64,000 nucleotides of DNA, taken from Malacoraja senta. Lineage: Eukaryota. The notes under the pieces were generated by a model, which was not told the origin of the DNA, ran no database searches, and saw nothing but the letters and a program-made list of their open reading frames with translations. Below are positions 35,856 to 48,574 of the stretch, in pieces. The DNA is taken from positions 9,984,001 to 10,048,000 of the forward strand of contig CM075991.1 of assembly GCA_038087875.1 (NCBI GenBank), read 5' to 3'. How positions within the stretch are numbered: position 1 is the first letter of the stretch; each line of letters begins with the position of its first letter. A program made the position numbers and the translations under genes.

Positions 35856-37967
35856 ACTACAATAAATAAGGTATCACATCCAGCATCGCCTGCAGAGCCC
35901 GTGAACTGTGGAGAATTTAGTCCTTATCTATATCTAGCAGTGAAGCAGTAGCAACTTGTAGATACTTGTTACTATTCCCCAACATGCCTGCAGCTAAGTT
36001 CCCTGCCTGCCCCATAGAGATTCATGCGATTTCTAAAATTAAAGAAATTTTCACAGCCAAGCTCGCAGCACTTGCAATGCGAGCGAAGGGACATACATGA
36101 TTCTTGCTCGGACATTTATTATGTTACGGCTTTCTGAATCAACTCTTAATGCCAGCGAGATGAATTCGGAATACGGTCCACCGAGTCATTTTTGTATTAA
36201 CATGTGCAGTGGGTATTAGAATATTCATATTGGGTATGTTGGTGTGAGGTTCGTGCTCAAGTTTGGATGTTGCATGCTAAGCTGCTTTTAACACTCGTGA
36301 AGAAAGAGCCTGTTATTAATCAATCCGTTCAGCACAGGGTGTGGGGTTGTACGATTCACTTTTGGAACAATGAGCAGTATCAAAGATATCTCCTACTCTC
36401 GGGAACTGGATTAAGAATACATTTTTTTTACATTTTTTTTTGCAGAAAGACTCAGGTTTGAATTCAACCCAGACACACGGGATGAACGCATCCTGTTCTT
36501 CACGGCTGCCAAGTCAAAGCTGACCAAAGTTAAATGTTCCAGTCTGAAGAAATAACCAGGGAGATCCTCCAATTACTTGAAAGAACAATGGTGAGAGGCT
36601 TTGCATACCTTCAGAAAAAAGTGAGGGGAAAAAGTACTCTTTGTGTGTGAATGAATGATGGATAATTGGTACCTCGCCACCTTCCTCCGGCTTCATCCCT
36701 CCCCACGCGACTTCTTCCACGTATATTCCTTCCTCTGGCTTCACATTTTACGCCTTTTCCAACCTCATCTCCTTACCTCACATTATTTGCCTTTTCACTA
36801 TTGGTCTCCCATTATTTGTGGGAGAGTCCAGGACCAGAGGCCATAGCCTCAGAATTAAAGGACGGAGATGAGGAGAAATGTATTTAGCCAGAGGGTGGTG
36901 AATCTGTGGAATTCTTTGCCACAGAAGGCTGTGGAGGCCAAGTCAATGGATATTTTTAAGGCAGAGATAGATAGATTCTTGATTTGTACAGGTGGCAGAG
37001 GTTATGGGAAGAAGACAGGAGAATAGACAATAGACAATAGGTGCAGGAGTAGGCCATTCGGCCCTTCGAGCCAGCACCACCATTCAATGTGATCATGGCT
37101 GATCATCCCCAATCAGTACCCCGTTCCTGCCTTCTCCCCATATCCCCTGACTCTGCTATTTTTATGAGCCCTATCTCGCTCTCTCTTGAAAGCATCCAGA
37201 GAACCTGCCTCCACTGCCCTCTGAGGCAGAGAATTCCACACTCACCACTCTCTGTGAGAGTTGGGGTTAGGAGGGAGAGATAGATCAGCCATGATTGAAT
37301 GGCGGAGTATACTTGATGGGCCGAATGGCCTAATTCTATTCCTATCCCTTATGACTTTTTAATCTCTGGCCTTTGTCCAATCATCTGCCATGTAAAAGAC
37401 CCATCACCTGTATCCACCTATTACTTGGCAGACCTTGTCCCACCCCCATCCCCCTCAGCTATTTCACCCCTTGCTACAGTCAGTCTGAAGAAGGGTCTCG
37501 ACCTGAAATGTTGCCTATCCCTGTTCTGCCTGCCCCAGTTAGCTACTCCAGCACTTTGTGTCTTTTTTTGGTTTCAGTTGCATGCAAATAAAATCAATTA
37601 AAATCCACCACGAAAGTGTGACCTCCTCATCATCAAATGGACCTCTCCATTTCAAATTTAGCATTGCATACATACCATAGATTAATCCATAATTTACAGT
37701 CCTGCCTCCTCTCCCAAGGTTTTTGGTCATTGCACAGAAGAGAACCATGGTTTCCTTGGACTTCAGAGACCAGGGGACCAAAGATGCTCCTCCTTGTCCC
37801 TCTGTTCCCAAATTCCAGTAGCTTTTGTAAACATGGACCAAGTGCAGGCAAGTGGGACTAGGGTAGCTGGGACATTGTTGGCCGGTGTGGGCGAGTTGGG
37901 CCGAAGGGCCTGTTTCCACACTGTATTAATCTATGAACTATGACTCTATGAGCAACATAGACAGTAA

Positions 37968-38263
37968 AGCCCCTGTCCCACGATGCGAGTTTACACAAGA
38001 GCTCTCCCGAGTTAAAAAAAAAATCAAACTCTTGGTAAGTACGTAGAATGTACGTAGCAAGTACGTCGGAGCTCGTGGATGTCTCGTAGCGGCTCGTAAT
38101 GCTAACGGCAGGTACTCAGGAAACGCGGAAACTCGTGAAGTTTTTTCAACACTGAAAAATGTCCAAGAGTTAAAAAATACTCGTGATGAAGTACCACGAG
38201 TTTGATTTTTTTTTTTTAACTTGGGAGAGCTCTTGGGTGAACTCGCATCGTGGGACAGGGGCT
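37968..38263. mobile_element. PIF/Harbinger-type MITE
   Basis: About 65-bp TIRs (agcccctgtcccacgatgcgagtt...aatcaaactc); TAA TSD on both sides. Confidence 0.88.
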
Positions 38264-41200
38264 TAAGTATTGATGCGGCATTCAACCAGAGAAAATATCA
38301 CATTCATTTGGAAGGGTAACTGGATTTTAAACTGGATGGTCATTTCTTCTGAAGAACGGTCCTGATTATACATTTCATCTGTCCAATTCCCTCCACAGAT
38401 GCTGCCTGACCCGCTGAGTTCCTCCAGCACTTTGTTTTTTGCTCAAGTTTCCAACATCCGTGGCCTCTTGCGTCTTCAATATGCTGGCTGTTCCGCACAC
38501 AAAGGGAAGATAAAACTAACTTTCTGGCCTGTGCTTTTTATATTCATCAAAGGAAAGGATCATGATGCTGGAAGCATTTCCAACATCAAACATGGGGGTG
38601 TTGCCATGGTGTTGTTGAGCTCTTCTACTATCCTTGCAATCGTAACAGCGCAAACTCCACTACATTGACGAAGGACATAGAACAGTACAGCACAGGAACA
38701 GGCCCTTCGGCCCTATCATATCTGCCTCCACCATCACATTCCAAATACCAATCAGGCGGCACGGCAGCGCAGCAGTAAAGTTGCCGCCTTACAGCGGTGG
38801 AGACCCGCGTCCGATCCTGACTACGTGTGCAGTCTGTACAGAGTTTATACCTTCTCCCCGTGGGGTTTCCCCCGCACTCCAGAGACATACAGGTTTGTAG
38901 GCTAATTGGCTTCAGTAAAATTGTAAATAGAATAGTGTTAGTGTACGGGCACGGACTCAGTGGGCCGAAGGGCCTGTTTCCACTCCAAAACTCTAAATCT
39001 CTAAAACTAAAACAATCGCTCTCTGTGTAAAAAGCTTGCCCCATGCAACCCTTTTAACCTTTGACCCTCTCACCTTAAAGCTTTGCCCTCTCGTCTTTGA
39101 CATTTCCAGCTTTGCCCTCTGGTCGTTTTTTATATGTTTCCTCGTAATAATTAATCATTGACTTCGCTAAAAATGACAGATTGCCCCTTGGTATGAAAGT
39201 TGAAATAAATTTATACTGTAAATCCGTGCCTTTGAAGAACAAAACTGCAACAATTTATTTAATCTCATTGGGCCCCACTAAACGTAAGTACCTCGAAACT
39301 GAGGAAGAGAAAATCATTTACATCTCTTCTTTAAATACATAAATTCTGCTCTGGAAATATTATACGCACATTTCTGGTGGAAATCCCACCTCATGTGAAG
39401 TTGGATTTGCCCTCTATCCTGACTTACTCCAGCAAGGGTGTAATTTCCTGGTTGCATTTTGCACACAGTGAAGCCATATAGGTGTACATCTGAGATGCCG
39501 GCAACAATGGATTAATGGTAATGAAGTATGATCTTTAGTCCTAGTCACCATTAATCATGAAACGAACCACATCGGGAATCATACCTGCCTTATGCCTCCC
39601 TTTTGGCACATTTTATAGTATTACTGACCTCCACCCATGGTGAGAGTGTAGGAAGGAACTGCAGATGCTGTTTTAAACCGAAAATAGACACAAAAAGAAC
39701 AGAGGTGAGGATACACTTTTTCTCACAGAGAGTGGTGAGTCTGTGGAATTCTCTGCCTCAGAGGGCGGTGGAGGCGGGTTCTCTGGATGCTTTCAAGGGA
39801 GAGCTAGATAGGGCTCTTAAAAATAGCGGCGTCAGGAGATATGGGGAGAAGGCAGGAACAGAGTACTGATTGGGCCTGATCAGCCATGATCACATTGAAT
39901 GGCGGTACTGGCTCCAAGGGCCGAATGGCCTACTCCTGCACTTACTGTCTATTGTCTAAAAGCCGGAGTAACTCAGCAGGACAGGCAGCATCTCTGGAGA
40001 GACGGAATGGGTGACGTTTCGGGTCGAGACTCTTCTTCAGACTCTTTATCTGGGTCTACCCACCCAGGTTGAGTTCCAGGTCTACCATTGTATAGACTGA
40101 TGGTATTCTTGGCCCCCATGTAGGTATCCACTTGGAGTCGCCCAATGACAGAATGGGGTCTGGTTAAAACATGGGACTACTCCATTGTATGGGACAGGCA
40201 TGCGTTACCCATTTAATCCTCGCTTGTTGATTTCCCCCTCCACTTCCCACTCTCACTGCCCCCACCACCACTCTATCCCTCATCTCCACAGCTTCCATGG
40301 TAAGAGTTCTATAACACCTCCCAGTGGCAGCATGTGAATGAGATGGCAGCTACCAGCTTCCACCAAAGTCACTACCCAATGGTTTGAAATGGGAGAAAAC
40401 CAACCACGTGAGCAATTTCTTACGGCAAGAATGTCTCAATTCAGCACATTTATTTTTGACGGCAATCAGCTTGAAATTCGAACCACGTAATGGAAAGGGT
40501 ACATCTCTATTAGGAAGCGTTTAGAGCGATATGGGCCAAATGTAGGCAAACGGGACTAGCCCAGGACATTGTTGGCATGGACGAGACACACAATGCTGGA
40601 GTAACTCAGCGGGACAGGCAGCATCTCTGGAGAGAAGGAATGGGTGACGTTTCAGGTCGAGAACCTTCTTGAGACTGATGTCAGGGGAGTGGGCGGTTGG
40701 CATGGACTTGTCGGGCCGAAGGGTCTCTTTCCAAGCTCAATGACTCTGTGCTCATGTAGCACACCAGAAATGGTGAGCATCCAATTTCCAAGCCACGGTA
40801 CTTACGCAGTGTACATCGTAGTTCCCTTTAAGTGGCGGTAATACGATATTGGCTGGTGCTTTTTAGTACCAATCCATCAAGGAAGCACTCAATCTAATTT
40901 TTAATGGGAGTGATTGTGCAGCACACATCCGACCTATTGCCTACTCCTCAATTTTTTCAAAATGGTCGCCCTTTCCATTGGCATCGCTGGAATCGAGTGG
41001 AAAGTAATAATTCTGTCACAAGGGAGTGGATGTGGGAAGTAACATTTTCTCATGTAAGCTGCCACTAACTCAGCTCTTTGTCATCTGCAAAAGAAAGTGG
41101 AAATTAATTCTGTCTGTCTTTGGTCAAGCCAACATATTTTATTACCTCAAAATGTTTCAGATGTACGTTAATAACTTCAAGATGCTTTCTTAATTTGTTT

Positions 41201-43335
41201 TGTTTCCTATCTAATAGACTGCACCTGCTTTCTGTGTAGGGTCCCTCTGCAGTAAAGTTTGGACGCTGTCCAATTCCAGGCAGTCCATTAAGTGGAAAAC
41301 TTCCTGAAATCATATTAATAATGGAAAAATGCAGTCAAACTCTCTTAAGTGTGTAATGCATTTGACAAGAAACTTTAGACCTTACACTGATCATAAATAC
41401 CACGCTGAAGAATTTGGCTCAGAGAAATAAAATGGGCAGTAACTCTTTCAGGAGGTGCACTGCAACTTCCCAACTCACAGATAAAGACGACTTTGGTTAG
41501 AAAGGAGTTCGGGTCCAGTGCCGGTCACGAAGAGGAACGCAAGCCATAAATTCCCTCGTTGCGCCGAAAAGCAATTCTTTAATGCCCTATCATGAGAATT
41601 TCCAAAAATGGGGTAGTTGAGACAGGACGGCAACATTTGGGGTGGAATTCGAAAGTAGAGTTTTGTTTAGTTAAGAGGTACAGCGCAGAAACAGGCCGCT
41701 ACTCTACCGCTGCACCGCCATGCCGCCCCAAATGATTGAGGAAATTAGGATTCTTGGTTGAACAGACAAACTTTCTTGGCACAAAGTACAACAGGGTATA
41801 AATTTCCCTCTTATGGCAAGAAAAATAGGAGTACCTGGGCAATTCATGTAGCGGTCCCCATTTCAGATACTTTACATGGAGCGGGTAAAATGGATGCCTA
41901 ATTGAAGACAGATGGGATGACTCAAGCTATCTGCGCAACGTCAATGACGTTTCAATGGTTGACTAATGACTAAAAATCATTGCAGTGAAAGATTTGGGAT
42001 TTGCATTATTTTCAAAGAGTAAAAAAAAAATCACTGTTGTTTTGGTGACCAATTCAATGAAAGATGAATGTTTTAACATTGCTGTTCTAACAATAAAGAA
42101 TGGGCGGTATTATAATCTCCATTCTTCTTGGCATTTTACTGGAAACATATTTTTAGGATTAGTTGGCCACTTCCAAAGGAAGCTTCTCATATAATTTATG
42201 ACTAGTTTAGAGACCGAATCTTAATTCCCCAAAACAGTGACTTGATTTTGTAACCAATTTGAAAATCAAAATAAATCTGATATGTGAATCCAACATGTCT
42301 TGAAGTTGCCTCATTTGGAAGTCAAATGAGTGGACACAAATCAGATCGTCATTAACATCAAGATGTGTATAGGATACTTTTTTTAAATCAGGACAATGCT
42401 TCTGGACGAACTCATGGGTGAGTTGCTAAATGTACTTTTGTACCTCACCAATTATTGCAGACCAGAACTGCTGATGATGTGTTAATTTGGATAATATCAA
42501 CTCGCTAAAAGAAAATGTAACAGTATTGTTAAGAAAGAAGCATAACAAAAATAAGCCAAGATCCCTGTTTCTTAGTACTACTTAGGGCGTTGTCAAGAGT
42601 GTTTTATTGTCAGATGTCCCAAATAGAACAATGAAATTTTTACTTGCAGCAGCACAACAGAATATGATGGCGTTCTGATGGGCGTCGGCAGTGGTGACGG
42701 GAGCGTAATTATCTTGCATGCTGGAGACCAATTTTCGATTGGGCGCGTCGGGGTCACCAATTTGGCGATTTCCAAAATCAGTTTTATTATCAAAATGACG
42801 AAATCAACGGAATAACACAACACAGCCAATACAAAGGTCAAACCACATCGGTGGTCGAGAACGACTGAAGGGGCATCGCCCAGAAAGCGCGCGAACACAA
42901 ACCCCTCCCCATAGTCACGCGACTGAAGCACCTGACCGCAGGGTTCGACTACCTGCGGGCACCAGCGGGTGCCGCTAACAATTTTTATGTTTCTATTTCC
43001 TCAAAAAGAACTGAGACCAATTATTGTTTTCGGTGCTGTTGTACGTGGGATCAGTCTTCCCAGAACATTGTGAGAATCCCTGCTCTTCATCAACAATAAC
43101 AAAAGTCATATCTGTATTCCATTTTAAACATTCGAGTTATTCCAGCCTCACTAAAATTACAGGAGGATGCCTACAGTATTCTGGGGACAAAATGAATGGG
43201 TGTGTAATTATGGGGCAACTTACCGCAAGTTACCTAGGGTCTGCATCTCTAGTGTGCTTGGTTGCTATATGGCACTCACACAAAAGGATGTGATGGTGCT
43301 CCAAGTTTGCTGTGCATACACATGGCACTGTGTGT

Positions 43336-43476
43336 CTTCTTCTTGCGTATGGCGTGCACAGCCTGAAGCTGTAGATCAAGTGGCATGAAAAACTACATCT
43401 ATTTGTTTGTGCAAGTCGGGTTGATTACATTAATCGAAACAGGGTGGACCACGTGAAGGTTGCAATGTCCCACCCA
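43336..43476 (-). mobile_element. Short ribozyme-headed SINE-like element (copy B; ribozyme region 43423-43476)
   Basis: gggtgggacattgcaaccttcacgtggtccaccctgtttcgattaatgtaatc...gccatacgcaagaagaag; imperfect TSD ggcactgtg / ggcactatg. Confidence 0.8.
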
Positions 43477-43883
43477 GGCACTATGCTTAAACTCCTCTGA
43501 AACCCAGCACAACTCTGTTGCCACTACTGTGCAGGATACTTCTCCATGCCTTCCCATGTTTCCACTTGCATGCACTACTGAGATGAATGTGCAATGTAAG
43601 GTGCCACAATGGTGCGGCCTCACGGCTCAGAGATCCGGGATCAACACCGAACTAGTTTAGTTTAGTTTAGAGATACAGCGCAGAAACAGACCCTTCAGCC
43701 CTCCGAGTCCGTGCCGACCAGCGATCCCCGTACACCAAAACTCTCCTACATGCAAGGGATAATTTACAAAAGCCAAATTAACCTACAAACCTGTACGTCT
43801 TTGGAGTGTGGGAGGAAACTGGAGCACCCAGGGAAAACATACGCGGGTCTACAGGTGCTGTCTGTACCTTCGAGAGGGGAGGG

Positions 43884-44535
<652 letters not shown>

Positions 44536-47500
44536 AATTTTCATGTTCTACCTCTGATAGTGTGGGTTTCCTGCAGATGCTCTGGTTTCCTCCCACAATG
44601 CCAACAATATGCAGCTGGGTAGGTGTATTTGCCACTGTAACCTGCCCCTGGTGTAGGCGAATAGTAGAATCTGGCGGAAGTTGACGGGAATGTGGAATGT
44701 GGGGAGAATAAAATGGGTTAGGTGTGAGAAGAGTGTAAAAATGTTTGCTGGCTTGTTGGTGTTTGGAGTCAGTGGGTCTGTTTTTGCACTTTAGTTTAGT
44801 TTAGAGATACAGCGTGGAAACAGGCCCACCGAGTCCACACTGACCAGCGATCCCCACACATTAACACTATCCTACACACACGAGGGACAATTTACACTTT
44901 TAAAAAGCCAATTAACCAACAAACCTGTACGCCTTTGGAGTGTGGGAGGAAACCGGATATCTCAGAGAAAACCCACGCAGGTCACGGGAGAACGTACAAA
45001 CTCCGTACAGACAGCACCCGTAGTCGGGATCTAACCCGGGACTCTGGTGCCAGAAGCATTGTAAGGCAGCAACTCCACTGCTGTGACAACGTGCCGCCTT
45101 TTTAACATTTTATTACGCCACTGTGTCCTTTCTCTCTATGAATTTCATGTTGCTCAGTTAAAGACACAAACTGATTATTTACAGAATGGTTAACAAACTG
45201 CTCAAGGTGCTGATTCCAGTGACTGGCATATGTCCCAATTCCTCTGGCTGCTTATTCCCAGAATGTTGGTGTCCCTCCTGCCCAGAAACTTTCAAAGGCA
45301 ACTGTGCACTTCTGCCATCAACAGTTTACATGGGAGGGAAGCATGGACAAAATGTCAAACAGCAGTCAGCATTGTGTTAAAGAAGGAACTGCAGATGCTG
45401 GAAAAATCGAAGGTACTCAAAAATGCTGGAGAAACCCAGCGGGTGCAGCAGCATCTATGGAGCGAAGGAAATAGGCAACGTTTCGGGACGAAACCCTTCT
45501 TCAGACATTAGCATTGGCTGGCAACGAATGGGAAGCAATTTTCTTTTGTAGTTTAGAGATACAGCGTGGAAACAGGCCCTTCGGCCCACCGAGTCCATGC
45601 CAACCAGCGAGCCCAGCACATTAACGCTATCTACACACACTAGGGACAATTTCCAATTATACCAAGCCAATTAACCTACAAGCCCACAAGTCTTTGGAGT
45701 GTTGGAGGAAACCGGAGCACCCAGAGAAAACCCATGCGGGTCATGGGGAGAACATACAAACTGCGTACAGACAAGCAGCACCCATAGTCAGGATCAAACC
45801 CGGGTCTCTGGCACTGTAAGGCAGCAACTCTACCGCTGCACCACCGTGACGCTTTTTTTTTTAAAGAGGCAAGCCAAATACTCCAATTTATGATCTTTGC
45901 TCTCCCTTAGCCTACCAGTCATCTTGTTAAGAGCAATGCTTTGCGACCAATAACACCTAGTTAAAGAAGTTGAAGAAGGGTCACGACCCGAAACGTCACG
46001 CATTCCTTCTCTCCAGAGATGCTGCCTGAGTTACTCCAGCATTGAGTTGGGTGGGACAAGTGTTTCAAATGAGTTTGCTGCTTTTAAACATAATAATGAC
46101 TTGTATTAATGATGTTGGCTTTTGCACTGATGTTGTTTACTGCAGTCTCATCTCAATGGCATCCATCCATGTGCAATAGAAATTAAGTCTAACTAAACCC
46201 ACACCTATCCACATGGACACGGACCTCCAGCAGAGGTTTACTGCAGCAATCAAGTCCATGAAACATTGCTATTTTTTCGCCCTCCCTGGCCATGCAGAGG
46301 GAAAATTAATTGTAATGGCCCTGGTGAAGTGCCAGCTGAGAGAATCTAATTCAGTACACACTGAAATCAAACTGGCAACATTCCTGGTCTATGTAAGCCC
46401 AATTCCATTGCAGCCAATACATTTACCATGCAGTTATGTAGCTTTAGAAGGATTTTAAATGTTTACTCTGATTCACAACGTATGGCTGCTTTCAACACTG
46501 TGTTAAATATTTCTTAGTAAAGTTCAGAGATACAGCATGGAAACAGGCCCTTCGGCCCACTGAGTCCGTGGCGACCAGCAATCCCCGCACACTAACACCA
46601 TCCCACACACGCTATGGACAATTTACAATTTTACCAAGCCAATTAGCTTACAAACCTGTATGTCTTTGGAGTGTGGGAGGAAACCGGAGCACCCGGAGAA
46701 AACCCACGAGGACACGGGGGGAACGTACAACCTCCGTACAGACAGCAACCATAGTCAGGATTGAACCCAGGTCTTTGTAAGGCAGCAACTCTACTGCTGT
46801 GCCACCATGACGCCCACGTTATATATATTTAAATATGTTTAAAAGGTGTTTGGATACGTAGTTGAATAGGAAAGAGATAAAGAGTGATAGGCCTAAATCA
46901 GGCAATTGGGATAAGTGTACACACATTACCACTTTCACCAGCAAAGATTTAGCCCCCTTTAAAAATGCTCCTCTCTTTGACCATAGGTTTGCCCTAGCAC
47001 CTTCTTATATGGTGCAGTTTCATATGTGTATATGGCAATGCTTTTTCTGAAGTGGCCTGCGATGTTTTGCAATGTTTGTTCCATTGGAGGTTTAATATAG
47101 CCACTGCCTTTTATTTTATTACACGTGGCTATTATAGGAAAAACGGCAATAATCCACGATCTACTCTTTCATAAATCTCAATGGTTCGGCACTTGTCTCA
47201 ACGGGTAATGTTTGCCGTGCTGTTTTCCAGCTGGCCTGCACCTCAGTTCCTGCGCTCCCATCCGACTCACCAGAGCTTCAACAAACCAAGGCCATGTTTC
47301 CCACTCTTCCTTTAAACTTAGTTCACAGACAAATTTATTATCATAAAGTGCCACAGGTGTTAAAAAAAGGTGAATGAATTTCCTTGATCATCATCTGCTT
47401 TGATCTGTTCTTTTCACATCTTACATGTTCTTTGTACCTTTCCATATATAGTTTTCTTCTCCCCGACTCTCAGTCCGAAGAAGGGTCTCGACCCGAAACA

Positions 47501-47557
47501 TCACCCATTCCTTCTCTCTCCCCGAGAAGGAATTCGCTCTCTTTTCCTGCTGAGTTA

Positions 47558-48099
47558 AGGGGCTGTCCCACTTGGGCGACCTAATCCGCGGGTTCGGGCG
47601 AGTTTGCCCTCGACTCATACTCGCAGCATGGTCGACACGAGGTCGTAGGAGGTCTTTGTAACTCTCCTTCATGCTCGAGAGTGGTCTCCGCGTACTCGAG
47701 GCCTCAGCTAGGTCGCGGCGTATTTTTCAACATGTTGAAAAATGCCTGCAAGTAAAAAATGGTCGCCATGGAAAAAAACGATACTTTTTTTATTCGTCCG
47801 TTTAGTCGTAGTAGGTCGCAGTAGGTCGGCATGTTAGTCATAGGTAATCGAGGGTAGTCGAAGGAGTCGTAGATAGTTTTCATCATAGTCGAAGGGAGGT
47901 CGAAGGAGGTTGTCTTCACTCTCCACTATTCGGTGTCCAATTTTCCTGACGTTAGTCGTAGCTAGTCGAAGCTAGTCTTCAACATAGTCAAAGGAAGTGG
48001 AAGGAGGTCTTCTACATAGTGGAAGGAGGTCATCAACATGTCTTTTTTTCCAAACTCTCCTAAACTCGCCAATTAGGTTGCCCAAGTGGGACAGCCCCT
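47558..48099. mobile_element. PIF/Harbinger-type MITE inserted into a Penelope pseudo-LTR
   Basis: TIRs aggggctgtcccacttgggcgacctaat / attaggttgcccaagtgggacagcccct; TWA flanks; host sequence gctgagtta|ctccagcatttt is split. Confidence 0.85.
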
Positions 48100-48440
48100 T
48101 AACTCCAGCATTTTGTGTCCATGTTCGGTGTAAACCAGCATCTGTAGATCCTTCCTACACGTGAATTAAGAATGTGCTGGGTTCATTATCTGGAAAATTT
48201 GATAAAGTGACAGAAAACTCCTGAGCATGCTGAACATGGATAGGATAGGTTTAGAGGGACATGGGCCAAACACAGGTAAGTGGGACTAGTGTAGATGGGG
48301 CAGGTTGGTCGATGTGGGCTAGTTGGGCCAAAGGGCCTGTTTCCACACTGTTAATGATTTCAGACTAATTAACAGTCTTGTCCTGGAAAGGTTTTCAAAT
48401 CCTGGGCAAGACTGGATTGTAACCGAATCAAATTAATAAT

Positions 48441-48574
48441 CGTCTGTCTGAAGAAGGGTTTCGGCCTGAAACGTTGCCTATTTCCTTCGCTCCATAGATG
48501 CTGCTGCACCCGCTGAGTTTCTCCAGCATTTTTGTGTACCTTCGATATTCCAGCATCTGCAGTTCCTTCTTTAA
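48441..48574 (+). mobile_element. Solo Penelope pseudo-LTR (family B) with 12-bp TSD
   Basis: gtctgaagaagggtttcggcctgaaacgttgcc; caaattaataat at 48429-48440 and 48575-48586. Confidence 0.85.
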
